Source: a virus
Taxonomy: Duplodnaviria > Caudoviricetes
Direction: 5' to 3' (one strand)
IMG/VR virus record: IMGVR_UViG_3300031998_000005
Length of the DNA: 64,000 nucleotides
Every line of letters begins with the position of its first letter. Position 1 is the stretch's first letter. A program made the position numbers and the translations under genes. The notes beneath the pieces were generated by a model. It was not told where the DNA came from and did not search any database. It saw nothing but the letters and a program-made list of their open reading frames with translations. Below are positions 9,775-20,114 of this stretch, in pieces.

Positions 9775-10380
9775 ATGAAACAATATAACGGAGAAAAGGC
9801 GATTATCAGCCTAACCACTTGGAAAGCCCGTATAAATACAGTAGGCTTGACACTATTCAGCCTTTATACGCAGTGTCCTAGTTTCCATATCGTGCTTGTT
9901 TTAAGCGAAGAGGAATTTCCTAAAAAGGAAGCCGAACTGCCCGACAGCGTTATGGCATTCGTAAACAAGAACATAGTTGAACTCTTATGGGTTTACAAGA
10001 ACTATAAGTCGTTCAAGAAAGTCCTATTCACTATGGAAAAATATAAGGACGTTCCAATCATATCTGCCGATGATGATTGTATCTATGTCTGCAACTACGC
10101 TGAAAAACTATACGACTATTGGAGAACCACAGGAACACAAGTAATCAGTTATCGTATGTCCAAGAAAGACCCTATGTGTCCAATAGGATGTAGTGTGCTA
10201 TACGCACCAACGACGTTTGATAAGTTTATCAAGGCGTTCAAGACCTACAAGATAATGAATATGCAGGATGACGGGTTCTACAAAAAAGTCTGTAAGGCAC
10301 AGCACCTGTCATTCGCAGCACTCTATAAAAAATTCCCGTGTTATTTCCACGACCAAATAAAGCCCATAAACGGAGTATAA
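9775..10380 (+). CDS. GT-A fold glycosyltransferase-like protein, tandem paralog
   Basis: MKQYNGEKAIISLTTWKARI...ISADDDCIY; N-terminal half nearly colinear with upstream gene. Confidence 0.75.
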   Translation: MKQYNGEKAIISLTTWKARINTVGLTLFSLYTQCPSFHIVLVLSEEEFPKKEAELPDSVMAFVNKNIVELLWVYKNYKSFKKVLFTMEKYKDVPIISADDDCIYVCNYAEKLYDYWRTTGTQVISYRMSKKDPMCPIGCSVLYAPTTFDKFIKAFKTYKIMNMQDDGFYKKVCKAQHLSFAALYKKFPCYFHDQIKPINGV

Positions 10381-11007
10381 ATGAACTTAATCGGCAATTC
10401 CTGTGTAAGTGCATTTATCAGCAAACTTTGCCTAAAAGAACCTTACGAAAATCCGTTCTGTTGGGCTAAACTAGACTTTGATAGTATCTACGCACTTATA
10501 ACAAAATACGACAGCCTTGACTACAACAATGTAGAGTTTATCAAAACAGAAAACTACTACACGGCTGTAATAGACAACTGCGTAAAAGTCCAATATATCC
10601 ATTACCTAGAAGACCCCAATACACCAGAACTTACCTTTGAAAGAGCGAACGTAAAGTGTAGGGATATTCTGCCTTATGTTAAAGAAAAGTATTTTGCCCG
10701 TGTCGCTAAAATGCAAGCCGACAAAAAAGAACCCATATTCATCCTTGCTGCGGGATATTGGCAAGAATACTATCTATCCGATGAACAGATACAAAAAATC
10801 ATAGACGCAGACCCGAAATACAAAATAATCGTATGTATGCCTGTCAGTGAAAAGAACAGACTGACTAGCCAAGGAAACGTGCGAATACACAACCACACCT
10901 ACAAGATGGGCGTGGACGGAGTTCACAAAAAGATAGCCATATACCTGGCAAGTTATTTCTTCGGAACTAAAGTTTCAGCAACTGACCAAATTTCAAATCT
11001 GTCGTAG
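10381..11007 (+). CDS. DUF1919-like polysaccharide-locus protein
   Basis: LIGNSC...NPFCW...QYIHY pattern; glycan-gene context. Confidence 0.5.
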   Translation: MNLIGNSCVSAFISKLCLKEPYENPFCWAKLDFDSIYALITKYDSLDYNNVEFIKTENYYTAVIDNCVKVQYIHYLEDPNTPELTFERANVKCRDILPYVKEKYFARVAKMQADKKEPIFILAAGYWQEYYLSDEQIQKIIDADPKYKIIVCMPVSEKNRLTSQGNVRIHNHTYKMGVDGVHKKIAIYLASYFFGTKVSATDQISNLS

Positions 11008-11824
11008 GGTTCTTATATGTGATATTGCCCGATGCGGGTATGAACGTCAGTTCGGACAAATAAGTTTTTCCGTTAATGGAATAAAAATCCACACGGACAC
11101 ACTTGAAATCCACACACAACTTTTTAGCGAACGCCAACATTTCTTCGTAATTGCTAGGCTTTTCGTCTAACAAGTCATACCTAGCAGGGTGAGCATTCCA
11201 ACTAACATCCAACATCGGCTTAAAATCCGTAGTATAATAGTTGAAATGCAAGCCCTGTGTAAACCTACCATTTATAACTTGCAAGTATTTAACATCCCCA
11301 TTAAAGCACACGAACTTATAATCAGTCAAAGATGTCTTTCCAAGATTTTCTTCGTAGCGTTCTATAAAGACCTTACGAGGTATCACGCTATAAAACAACT
11401 CATAAGATAGCGACCCGTAATCAACACGAAGCCACTTATTAAGAGTTTCCACTATCTTACGCTTATCTACCGACTGCTTGTCTTTAACAATGATATTGTA
11501 GCCACTCCCGTGATTGCATTTTATTACAAACTGACGGGGCAACTTATCAAAGTCAATCTGTTCGGGTCTGTCATACACAGCCAAGATAGGCAGACACAAA
11601 TCCCGACCAAGTTTAATCTTACAATACTCACGCAAAGTAATCTTATCAGCACAAAACGCTTTAAGGAACGTGGAGTCGTGTATCTTCAACCACTGCAACT
11701 TATCTGTGAGTGTTTTAGGGTTCTTCAAGTTTGCAGTAGGGAACATCTTTTTCAAAAGAGGCTCTTTGCTCAAACAAAATTCTTCCCAGGTCATACCATC
11801 TTTTGCCATACGAACTCCCGACAC
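10967..11824 (-). CDS. TupA-like ATP-grasp protein
   Basis: LKNPKTLTDKLQWLK, ADK, FVIKCNHGSG, DYKFVCFNG, RVDFY, SELTFIPASG. Confidence 0.9.
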   Translation of the reverse strand: MSGVRMAKDGMTWEEFCLSKEPLLKKMFPTANLKNPKTLTDKLQWLKIHDSTFLKAFCADKITLREYCKIKLGRDLCLPILAVYDRPEQIDFDKLPRQFVIKCNHGSGYNIIVKDKQSVDKRKIVETLNKWLRVDYGSLSYELFYSVIPRKVFIERYEENLGKTSLTDYKFVCFNGDVKYLQVINGRFTQGLHFNYYTTDFKPMLDVSWNAHPARYDLLDEKPSNYEEMLAFAKKLCVDFKCVRVDFYSINGKTYLSELTFIPASGNITYKNPTTDLKFGQLLKL

Positions 11825-12636
11825 TTTTGATAGAGTTTGCCATTACTCATAGACACACGGCTTCTATGATTACATTTCCAAATCCATTCTTTTTTAGACT
11901 TGAATTGGTAATGTAATAACTTCAAGGCAGTATCTGTATCAGCCCCAAGATACCAATTACCTTTCAAACGTTCTCCATTACACATATAAGATAACTGATT
12001 ACCCACAATAGGGTTATGCGTTTCTTTCGTAGGTAATGAATAGTTCACGAGACCCGTAGTCCTAACAAAAGTCTTAACAGGCTTGTTGCCCCCGTCAAAT
12101 AAGTTAGCCCACTTGTCGTTAGACTCACTGCAATACTCCATAAGGGACATTGAACCCCTATCCGTATTGACATCTTTCGGGAACATATTTTTCCAACGAA
12201 TAGACAACTTACACATATCACGCCACTTTGACTGATAGTGTAGAATCATATCGTTCACATCGGAAAAATCACGCATCCACAGGAACTCGTCATCATCAAT
12301 AGGCAAAACCCACCACGCCTTGCTATCGTTATTGATATAACGATTATACAGGCTATACTGATTTGGGAAACCCTTGACTAATTCATAAGAAACGGCATCG
12401 CCATAACTATCGCAAACACCCTTGATATTCACAGGGCTTTCATTATCAAATATATGGCAATGCTCAAAACGACACGTAGTCAAATGCCATTCCAACCAAT
12501 CCTTAAAATCATTCAAGTTGGTTGTCTTGGTCAATAAGACTACTTCAGTTAGATAAATCTTCGGTTGCATTTTCGTCCACAACAGGTTTAGTCGTTGAGC
12601 GTTTGTTCTTGATATAGTCCTGCACAAACGCTTCAT
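11791..12636 (-). CDS. Glycosyltransferase, GT92/GT2-like
   Basis: DWLEWH, HIFDNES, WVLPIDDDEF, HYQFKS; true start probably a little downstream. Confidence 0.8.
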   Translation of the reverse strand: MKRLCRTISRTNAQRLNLLWTKMQPKIYLTEVVLLTKTTNLNDFKDWLEWHLTTCRFEHCHIFDNESPVNIKGVCDSYGDAVSYELVKGFPNQYSLYNRYINNDSKAWWVLPIDDDEFLWMRDFSDVNDMILHYQSKWRDMCKLSIRWKNMFPKDVNTDRGSMSLMEYCSESNDKWANLFDGGNKPVKTFVRTTGLVNYSLPTKETHNPIVGNQLSYMCNGERLKGNWYLGADTDTALKLLHYQFKSKKEWIWKCNHRSRVSMSNGKLYQKCREFVWQKMV

Positions 12637-12874
12637 ATTTCAAAACAAATTGTGTATGTTCTGCGGGAGTATAATACGGAACGATACTAGCAGACGCAAT
12701 AGCCCTGCGACGCCCCACAGTAGCCTTCAAATCCGCTACCTTATTAGTCTTGTTCGGAGTATTCTGCCCGCAGATAGCCTGCACAGCGGGTGCAGACATA
12801 GCCGCCTTCGGTCGGGGCATCTTCTTCAATTTCTTAATGGTGGCAAGCACGTTCCCACGGGTCAATTTATTCAT
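12545..12874 (-). CDS. Basic hypothetical protein
   Basis: 109 aa with GGAG SD, follows the neck gene. Confidence 0.55.
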   Translation of the reverse strand: MNKLTRGNVLATIKKLKKMPRPKAAMSAPAVQAICGQNTPNKTNKVADLKATVGRRRAIASASIVPYYTPAEHTQFVLKYEAFVQDYIKNKRSTTKPVVDENATEDLSN

Positions 12875-12880
12875 AGTAAA

Positions 12881-13501
12881 CTATCTCCAAAAGCCACGAC
12901 CTGTATTAGTTGCCCCAAAAGTAGTTCCCGAAAAGAAATAGGGTTTCGGGATTCCCGTGTAGGCTTCATTACGCAAGTCGGTTATGTTTTCGGGGTCTTC
13001 ATCCCTGTTAATCATTATAAATTCTTCCCACTCCTTACGTTCTTCTTCGCCCTTGGATTTCAAATACTCGGCATCCAAGTCAAACGGCTGTGTGGGATAT
13101 TTAGCAAATGCCAAACGCTCACCTATCGCTTTCTTGCAATAGGCAACAAACAGACACTCCAATTCGTGTGGCAGACCCGCCAAGTATGCGTTGTTCGCAG
13201 TCAAGGCGATAGTCACAGTTATAGTTCCCGTTCCGTTAAATATCCTGGTCTTGGTATTCACGAACTCGGACAACTTGCCCGTCTTACCACCGATGGTAAC
13301 CACCTGGTCTAAAAGAATATCGGGAACGTAATCGCCACTTTCAATAGAGTAGTTATACGTGTTCGTGCGGGGGAACAGGCGATACTTACGATACCAATGC
13401 ACCGCTTTCTTATACATACGACGAAGGACTTTTTCCGAAATCAGTTCTTCGGTGTCAAGGTCCATTTCTTCGTCAAGAACTTCTCGCAAATCAACAGCCA
13501 T
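12881..13501 (-). CDS. Putative neck protein, gp13-like
   Basis: C-terminal FDLDAEYLKSKGEEERKEWEE helix pattern; structural context. Confidence 0.5.
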   Translation of the reverse strand: MAVDLREVLDEEMDLDTEELISEKVLRRMYKKAVHWYRKYRLFPRTNTYNYSIESGDYVPDILLDQVVTIGGKTGKLSEFVNTKTRIFNGTGTITVTIALTANNAYLAGLPHELECLFVAYCKKAIGERLAFAKYPTQPFDLDAEYLKSKGEEERKEWEEFIMINRDEDPENITDLRNEAYTGIPKPYFFSGTTFGATNTGRGFWR

Positions 13502-14317
13502 TTAAGACCTCCCCGCCCGTTGAACAGCCACATCACGAATATGCTTCATAGATTGTGCAAAGTAAGCCAACAAGTCCATCTGCGTGGATGACATAAATTC
13601 GGGACCAAGCGTATCAAAAACAATGTAGTTCTTGACATAGCGTTCATCGTCCGCAGTGTTCGTCACGCCTTCCAAATACAGACGAACCTTGTAGTCTATT
13701 TCCATTTCGGGACCGACCTTAATCACACCCGATGTCTTGGAAATATACAACAAAACAGGCGTTTCCGTAGTAGTCATATAATGCAAGTTTTCATAAACCT
13801 GTGTATCAAGTTCGTCATACACATCCACGGATTCCCAATGCGTAGAATCGTTCGGGGGCAGAACCTCGGCATTATCCACATCTTCTATGCACCTGTAATA
13901 CGTGTATTCGCCCAAGTTATCTACAACCCACACCGTCGCCCCGACCCTGTAAGGGTCATTGATAGCAAACGGGGCAAACATATCATACAGGTCGGCAAGG
14001 ACAGCGATGACATTATACTCCACGTCCTCCGAAGGCATATAGGTAAACTCAATGTCCAAAGCAGTAACAGGCTTGCCCGTTTCTCCCCCGTCCTTTTCAT
14101 ACAGGCTCGGCAAAAAACTCGTGCAGGGCATTTCATCGCCCTTGGCTTCGGAAGGAATAGCATCCCAAGTAAGTGCTGCCACTTGCGATACATCTTCCAT
14201 ACCGCTCGTCACATTACAAAGGACAGCCCTCAAATTGGAAAGTTTAGCACCCGTAGCGACAGCCCTAGCCAACGCAAGGTTGCCTTCGTTTGTAAGCATA
14301 TCATACTTGGTAGCCAT
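13502..14317 (-). CDS. Baseplate/tail-fibre attachment protein
   Basis: N-terminal LTNEGNLALARAVATG resembles tail-collar fibre N-termini. Confidence 0.55.
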   Translation of the reverse strand: MATKYDMLTNEGNLALARAVATGAKLSNLRAVLCNVTSGMEDVSQVAALTWDAIPSEAKGDEMPCTSFLPSLYEKDGGETGKPVTALDIEFTYMPSEDVEYNVIAVLADLYDMFAPFAINDPYRVGATVWVVDNLGEYTYYRCIEDVDNAEVLPPNDSTHWESVDVYDELDTQVYENLHYMTTTETPVLLYISKTSGVIKVGPEMEIDYKVRLYLEGVTNTADDERYVKNYIVFDTLGPEFMSSTQMDLLAYFAQSMKHIRDVAVQRAGRS

Positions 14318-14319
14318 AA

Positions 14320-14586
14320 CTAAAATCCTTCTAATTCAGTGTCAATTTTCTTCTTCGCTTTCCCCTGCGACAGACCGCCAACAGGGATAGTCAAAACCAC
14401 CACATCGCTGTCATACACATCCAGGGTCAAGCCCCTATCGTCAGCCGAAATCGCTGCGGAACACCCCGCAGGCAGAATGCGGTTGGCATACTGCTTTAAT
14501 TCCTGCATATCCAATTCGGACGCTTCGGTTCTCTTAAACTTTGCCATATACCCTACCAATATACCTTTTTTAGTCTTCTTCTTCAA
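14320..14586 (-). CDS. Hypothetical protein
   Basis: 88 aa ORF filling the operon gap. Confidence 0.5.
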   Translation of the reverse strand: MKKKTKKGILVGYMAKFKRTEASELDMQELKQYANRILPAGCSAAISADDRGLTLDVYDSDVVVLTIPVGGLSQGKAKKKIDTELEGF

Positions 14587-17500
14587 ACGTAAATTTCAAC
14601 AGGTAGTCCGAACTATCCCCATCTAACACCAACCTATCGGTAAACGGCACTACAATCATACCACGGATATATCCGATGGCATCCCAAAAATACAGGAAAC
14701 GGGGAACACCCCCACCAATCTTGATGGTATCGCCATCCCACTCAAAGGTCAAGTTCTTCACTTCGGGAGAAGAAACACGGACAACCATATCCTTGAACGA
14801 AGCGACATCGCTGACCCAACAGCCCCACAACTTAACCCCATCAAGGGTTTCCCAATCCGCAAACGGGGTGGTTTCATCCATAACCCATTCCGACCCGTCA
14901 TCAGTCAAGACATACTGCCACATAAGGGCTTCTGCCGACACTTTCAATGTGCTAGTAGCAAGACGGAGCGTAATGGCTGCCATACCCTTGCACAAGTAAA
15001 CATCCGAACCATAGCGGTCGGGGTCGGTCGGGTTCATTTGGGTAGCGTCCATAAACCCATCAAATCCGTGGTCGCCCGCACGAGCCTTGTAATCATCCGT
15101 GCCAGGAGATTCGGGATTTCCTATACAACCTATCGTATAGCGGGATGTCCAACACCACTTGTATCGGAGTTCTTCGCTCTCATAGTCAATACCCGTAGCA
15201 ACCTTGAACACAAACGAGGCTGTCCCCTGCTTGAATTTCAAGCGGAGATATACTGCGTGGTCAAACGAGAAATAGCGGTAGCCATCCCTTTGGTCGTATT
15301 CAACATATTCAGTCCACTCGTCATCCTGCGAATATCTATACAGAACAGACGGATAAACTTCGTTCACTACAAGATTGACGAAATCAAAATACTTTCCTGG
15401 GAACAACTTTAAGCCGACCGAACCGCCCCAAGCGTCCTGCAAAGCGACAGGCTTGGAAACACCTATCATACGAGCGTGTCCGACGGTGGCAAGACGAATC
15501 TTCAAACGGAAATAGATATAGATAGGAATTTCGTAAGAAAGCAGGCTACCCAAAGCGACAGCCAAACTTGCAAAGGAATCGTCATCTATCCACTGAACAC
15601 CATCGCCCAAGTCAATGGTGCAGTCCGCAGCCAAGCGGTCTAACAAGTTCGCATCAGCACGATAATATCTGTTGTTCACAGACATATCATAGTCAGCAAC
15701 ATTCCTGTCCGAACCGATATGCGTAAACTTGTAGAACTGCTCCCACGTTTGCGTGTCCTTATTAAACCGCCACACAACATCGGGGTCTTCGCCCTCAACG
15801 GAATACCTAATCCAAGGCGGTCCAAATTCTTCATACGCTTCGTTAGGAACACCCCTAGACGGAATGGTATTACCTTCATACCAAATCCTGTCTGCCTTGA
15901 CAGACTTTGCGATTTCCTTAACCTTGTCTATCTCGGTATAGATGTCCTTGATTTCAGTTTCAAGACCACCTTCAAACTGCGAATACACCACGGATGGATA
16001 AGCCCTACGCAAGTTTTTAAGGTCCATACCGATGGCGTTCATCGCAGCCTTAATGCCTGGGAATGTTTCCCTAGTCCTGTAAAGCAACGCCCACAGGATA
16101 ACACTATACTTTGAACCAAGAGCGTCCACGAGCGGATATGGAATATCCACCAACTTTGCATACAGACGGAACGCTTCTTCTCGGACAGGACAGGTCTTAC
16201 ACACAACAGCGTTGGCTGCATTCGTATAAGGCTTGATAATCGGGTCGCTCAACAGCGTATCGTTGCTTTCGCTATACACTTCCGTCCAATGCGGATTCCT
16301 GTAATGTCCAGGTCTGTAAGTTTCTTCAAGACCCTTTTCTTCAATAGTCGTATCGTTTCGCTGATATATCGTAAGGACGTTATCCTTAATCACCGAAACC
16401 AAGTCGCCCGCAGCATAGTCATAAAAATACTTGCGGTCGTAATAGCCCCAATAATGATGGACAGGGAACGCACGGAGCAAGTCCATCTTGAACATATAGC
16501 CACCGACATCAAGCACAGCCCACAAGGATGTAAGGTCATACTCGCCATCGGGCAAACCCATAGGCTCAACGCTGTAATAAACACCCTGCAACCAATAAAC
16601 GTGCTTTGACCCATCATCATCTTCACCAAAAGCCGTAGGTAGCACACTAGCAATAATAGTCTTGGTTTCATCATTAGGGTCGGGAATTTCCCTAGTCGGG
16701 ATATTTTCAAGAGCGTAGTAATCCGAACCGCAGTAAGATACCAAACTGCCCGCTTCATAGGTGTCCTGCTTGGAGAACAGCGGACACAGGAGATTTACTC
16801 CAAGAGTTCTCGTCAATCCGTTCACGACAACTTCCGTTCCCGCAGGCAAACGAGGACCGGTTATGAACAGGCGATTATCCACCACGATAGCACGGGCATC
16901 CCTGTATTTCATAACGGCAAACTGACTTACCGCAGCCGAAAGGTTAGCCTGTTGGAAATTGTAGATAGGAACACCCGCTTCGTAAAGGGCTTCCAAGAAC
17001 TGCGGTTCAATAACCTGTCGGTTCAAGTCTGCCACAGCCCTGTTTTCCCTATTCCACGGAGTAATGATATGTCGGAGAAGCGGGGGTTCTTCAATAGACA
17101 CCCAAGACCGCCAAATCGGGGTCATCTTCTCGCCACTCACAGAAAGCGTAAAATCCAAAGAATAAAGACCAGGCGTTTCGGGGTTCGGATGGTTTACCGC
17201 CACCCTATCCGAAACGTCAATAACGTGGTCGCCATAATACACCTCAACACGGGGGTATTCAATAGTGTAATCCACGTATGCGTCCACTTTAAGAACTTCT
17301 GCGGGCAACTGCGTAAGGTGTATCGTAGGCTTAACATCCGTAGGAACAGGACCGTCAATGTAGCCACCCAAAAATTCCTGCCAATAAGTAGATAAGGCTT
17401 CGTCATCAACAGGACGAAGAATAACGCCTTCCGCAGAAGCCGACACAACAATGTAATACTGCTGATACGAAGTGTTAATAAAATCTGCCATTAGAACCAC
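14570..17500 (-). CDS. Large baseplate wedge-like structural protein
   Basis: 976 aa in baseplate operon; LLYRTRETFPGIKAAM resembles tail-P2-I/gp7 motif; aromatic CBM-like inserts. Confidence 0.55.
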   Translation of the reverse strand: MVLMADFINTSYQQYYIVVSASAEGVILRPVDDEALSTYWQEFLGGYIDGPVPTDVKPTIHLTQLPAEVLKVDAYVDYTIEYPRVEVYYGDHVIDVSDRVAVNHPNPETPGLYSLDFTLSVSGEKMTPIWRSWVSIEEPPLLRHIITPWNRENRAVADLNRQVIEPQFLEALYEAGVPIYNFQQANLSAAVSQFAVMKYRDARAIVVDNRLFITGPRLPAGTEVVVNGLTRTLGVNLLCPLFSKQDTYEAGSLVSYCGSDYYALENIPTREIPDPNDETKTIIASVLPTAFGEDDDGSKHVYWLQGVYYSVEPMGLPDGEYDLTSLWAVLDVGGYMFKMDLLRAFPVHHYWGYYDRKYFYDYAAGDLVSVIKDNVLTIYQRNDTTIEEKGLEETYRPGHYRNPHWTEVYSESNDTLLSDPIIKPYTNAANAVVCKTCPVREEAFRLYAKLVDIPYPLVDALGSKYSVILWALLYRTRETFPGIKAAMNAIGMDLKNLRRAYPSVVYSQFEGGLETEIKDIYTEIDKVKEIAKSVKADRIWYEGNTIPSRGVPNEAYEEFGPPWIRYSVEGEDPDVVWRFNKDTQTWEQFYKFTHIGSDRNVADYDMSVNNRYYRADANLLDRLAADCTIDLGDGVQWIDDDSFASLAVALGSLLSYEIPIYIYFRLKIRLATVGHARMIGVSKPVALQDAWGGSVGLKLFPGKYFDFVNLVVNEVYPSVLYRYSQDDEWTEYVEYDQRDGYRYFSFDHAVYLRLKFKQGTASFVFKVATGIDYESEELRYKWCWTSRYTIGCIGNPESPGTDDYKARAGDHGFDGFMDATQMNPTDPDRYGSDVYLCKGMAAITLRLATSTLKVSAEALMWQYVLTDDGSEWVMDETTPFADWETLDGVKLWGCWVSDVASFKDMVVRVSSPEVKNLTFEWDGDTIKIGGGVPRFLYFWDAIGYIRGMIVVPFTDRLVLDGDSSDYLLKFTFEEED

Positions 17501-18855
17501 CCTATCCTTACTCGCATATTAGCACTTGTCATCGGGAGCATATAGGCTTCCCATCTATCCTTGCTTTTTAGACTCCACGTAAACAAAAAGTCAATAGCCG
17601 AATGTGGGGGAATCCTAATAAAATTCAAGGCTTCAACTTCACCATCATAGTTATTAGAACTGCTACTGCTTTCGCTACTATCGCCCTTAACCGAATTAGC
17701 AACAGCCATACCGATAGATGTGGCAGCACCCACCACTACACCCAAACCAAAGGACGTGCCTTTATTGCTAGACACAGACTTATCTTCTACCTTCGGAGAA
17801 AGCCTACCGAACGACCAAGCATTACAGGCTATCACAGCAGTGTCCGTTGGATTTTGAACCGTCAAAATCATATCCCTTTCCGAAACAGACGGGGGCAATA
17901 TAGTAATCTTCACGTGTCCATTTCTATAACCACTCGTTTCCTTTAACGGGTAGAGCATAGTAATACTAGGCGGGGATGTCAAAGGTAGCGGAGCAGAACG
18001 GTCCTCCCCAAATTGGGTAAACTCCGTTCGGACATACTCGGAATTATACTTAATACCCCCAAAAGAAAGTCCAACCGACAATATAGGAATGGCTACGTTT
18101 ATACCCGCCCCGTCCCGTTGCAATCTATACCAATCCTGGTCGGTCTGTGCATCACCAAATCTAAACTGACCCGTCACACGATACACAGGACGGATTACGT
18201 GGTTCATACCAATCTGCGTCCATTGGGATAAATCATAGCCCACACGATACTGCGAAATAACTTGCACAGGCATAGACACTCGCAGATTGGACAGGTTAAG
18301 CGTAGGATAAGCGGAGTCATCATTAAACCGCTTAATATAGCCATCATCACATTCATACCTGTCTATGGTTGCCGTGTCGCTTACATTACAATACGACGTG
18401 GTTAAATTACCCGAAACCTCTATCCTGGAAATTTCTGCGTCATACGGGAGCGATACATCGTTAGCGACCAACTCCTTAATAATACCGCCAACAATCTGCA
18501 TATCCTCTTCTTCACTGCCGATTTCCCGCATAGGGGCTTTAAGCGGTGCAGACTGAATGAGCAGTTTCATCGTGTCCCGATAATACTTTCCGTTCTGCAC
18601 AGAAACAGACGTAGGTTCGGGTATAAGTTCTGCAACCCCGCCAATAAGCAACTGCATATAGGTGGAATCACAAATACTCCGTATAAGTTCAAAAGTCGGA
18701 ACGATGTCCACGGAACCATCAGCCCACTTAATCTCCACTATACCCTTATCTTCGTGACCATCTGCGGGCATTACGTCATACAAGGCTTGTAGAAAAGCCT
18801 TGACATCAAACTGCAATTCACGAAAAGTGCGGGTAGCGGTATGGGCGTTAAGCAT
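17491..18855 (-). CDS. Putative tail fibre/receptor-binding protein
   Basis: 454 aa, beta-rich, one of three similar adjacent genes. Confidence 0.45.
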   Translation of the reverse strand: MLNAHTATRTFRELQFDVKAFLQALYDVMPADGHEDKGIVEIKWADGSVDIVPTFELIRSICDSTYMQLLIGGVAELIPEPTSVSVQNGKYYRDTMKLLIQSAPLKAPMREIGSEEEDMQIVGGIIKELVANDVSLPYDAEISRIEVSGNLTTSYCNVSDTATIDRYECDDGYIKRFNDDSAYPTLNLSNLRVSMPVQVISQYRVGYDLSQWTQIGMNHVIRPVYRVTGQFRFGDAQTDQDWYRLQRDGAGINVAIPILSVGLSFGGIKYNSEYVRTEFTQFGEDRSAPLPLTSPPSITMLYPLKETSGYRNGHVKITILPPSVSERDMILTVQNPTDTAVIACNAWSFGRLSPKVEDKSVSSNKGTSFGLGVVVGAATSIGMAVANSVKGDSSESSSSSNNYDGEVEALNFIRIPPHSAIDFLFTWSLKSKDRWEAYMLPMTSANMRVRIGWF

Positions 18856-20093
18856 TATGCCATCTCCAAAGCGTAGACAACTTCCCTAGCAGTAGAACCA
18901 CTGCCAGGTTTGTTAAGGCAATTCACGATATAACGAACACAGGAATAAGGCGGGATAGTCACCATATCCCCAAACTCAACAGATAGCGGAACGTCCGAAT
19001 TAACCATACACGTGACTTTCATAGTCCTATAAATCTTCCATTCCTTGTCAAGCGTTTGGTAATAGACTTCCTTGCCTATATCCGTTTGGGCAAAGTTGGT
19101 AAGATACCACATACCATTACCACTACCGCCATTACTATAAGCACCCGTAGGAAACGCCAACAACGCTGCGAACTGACATTCATCCCTATTGACAATGTTA
19201 GTAACGGGATAGAAAGCAGTAGAGTTCGGAAGGTTCACGAACACCGCCAAGTTAGCCGGTGCAGACATAGTAGAATAACGAATCCACGCAAACCGATACT
19301 TGAAATCGTCATACTCATTATTACCGCATAACTTAATCATATCGGGAACAGCCGTAGCATTCTGTATCGGAGCATCCGAAGAAAGCAACGGGAATCCTGC
19401 ATCAGCAGGGGTCAAGGCGTTGCCACCCTCGTTTATCTTCCATTCCCAATAAGACGCACTGCCTTCCACACCAACAAGGTTCGCAGCATTGTTTATAGCA
19501 GAATTATTCCGATAGAATATATTACGGACATTCTTCGGACGGAACTGCCTAGCACCCAAGAGCGTCAAACCTTCGCAAGTCAAAGAACTATTCACGTTCA
19601 AATTCTCCACACGAAGGTTCTTTGATTTAAGGGATGTCGCTGTGAGCCTTTCAAAGTTCATAGACCCGAAACTGACATTACCGCCCGATACGGACACTTT
19701 ACCCTTGATAGATTGAATATACGCACTATCCACGTTCACGTGCTTGGCGATACAATTCTCAATAATGGATGCGACAAGTTTGCTACAAGACACGGACGTA
19801 GCATACCCATTACCATCGGTCACGCACAGATAGCCGTTAGCGTCCACCGACAACTTTACCTGTTTACCGCCCGTGGTCTGCCCACCCAACAAAATCTCGT
19901 CAAACTTGCCATTCTTGTAGTTGCTGACAAGTTCAAGGATAGTATTCACAGTAATGGTGTATTTGCCCATAGTGAACGTGACAGGCTCTTTTCCACTGAA
20001 CAAAGCCTTCAGTTTCAAAATGAGTTCAACAAAGTCATCATTAGCCGACTTCATCACTTCAAGGGCGGTAGAACTATCTGCAATACTAGACAT
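18855..20093 (-). CDS. Putative tail fibre/receptor-binding protein
   Basis: 412 aa; beta-helix-like NLRVENLNVNSSLTC segment. Confidence 0.5.
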   Translation of the reverse strand: MSSIADSSTALEVMKSANDDFVELILKLKALFSGKEPVTFTMGKYTITVNTILELVSNYKNGKFDEILLGGQTTGGKQVKLSVDANGYLCVTDGNGYATSVSCSKLVASIIENCIAKHVNVDSAYIQSIKGKVSVSGGNVSFGSMNFERLTATSLKSKNLRVENLNVNSSLTCEGLTLLGARQFRPKNVRNIFYRNNSAINNAANLVGVEGSASYWEWKINEGGNALTPADAGFPLLSSDAPIQNATAVPDMIKLCGNNEYDDFKYRFAWIRYSTMSAPANLAVFVNLPNSTAFYPVTNIVNRDECQFAALLAFPTGAYSNGGSGNGMWYLTNFAQTDIGKEVYYQTLDKEWKIYRTMKVTCMVNSDVPLSVEFGDMVTIPPYSCVRYIVNCLNKPGSGSTAREVVYALEMA

Positions 20094-20114
20094 CAGTAAT
20101 GCTCCTTATGCGTG

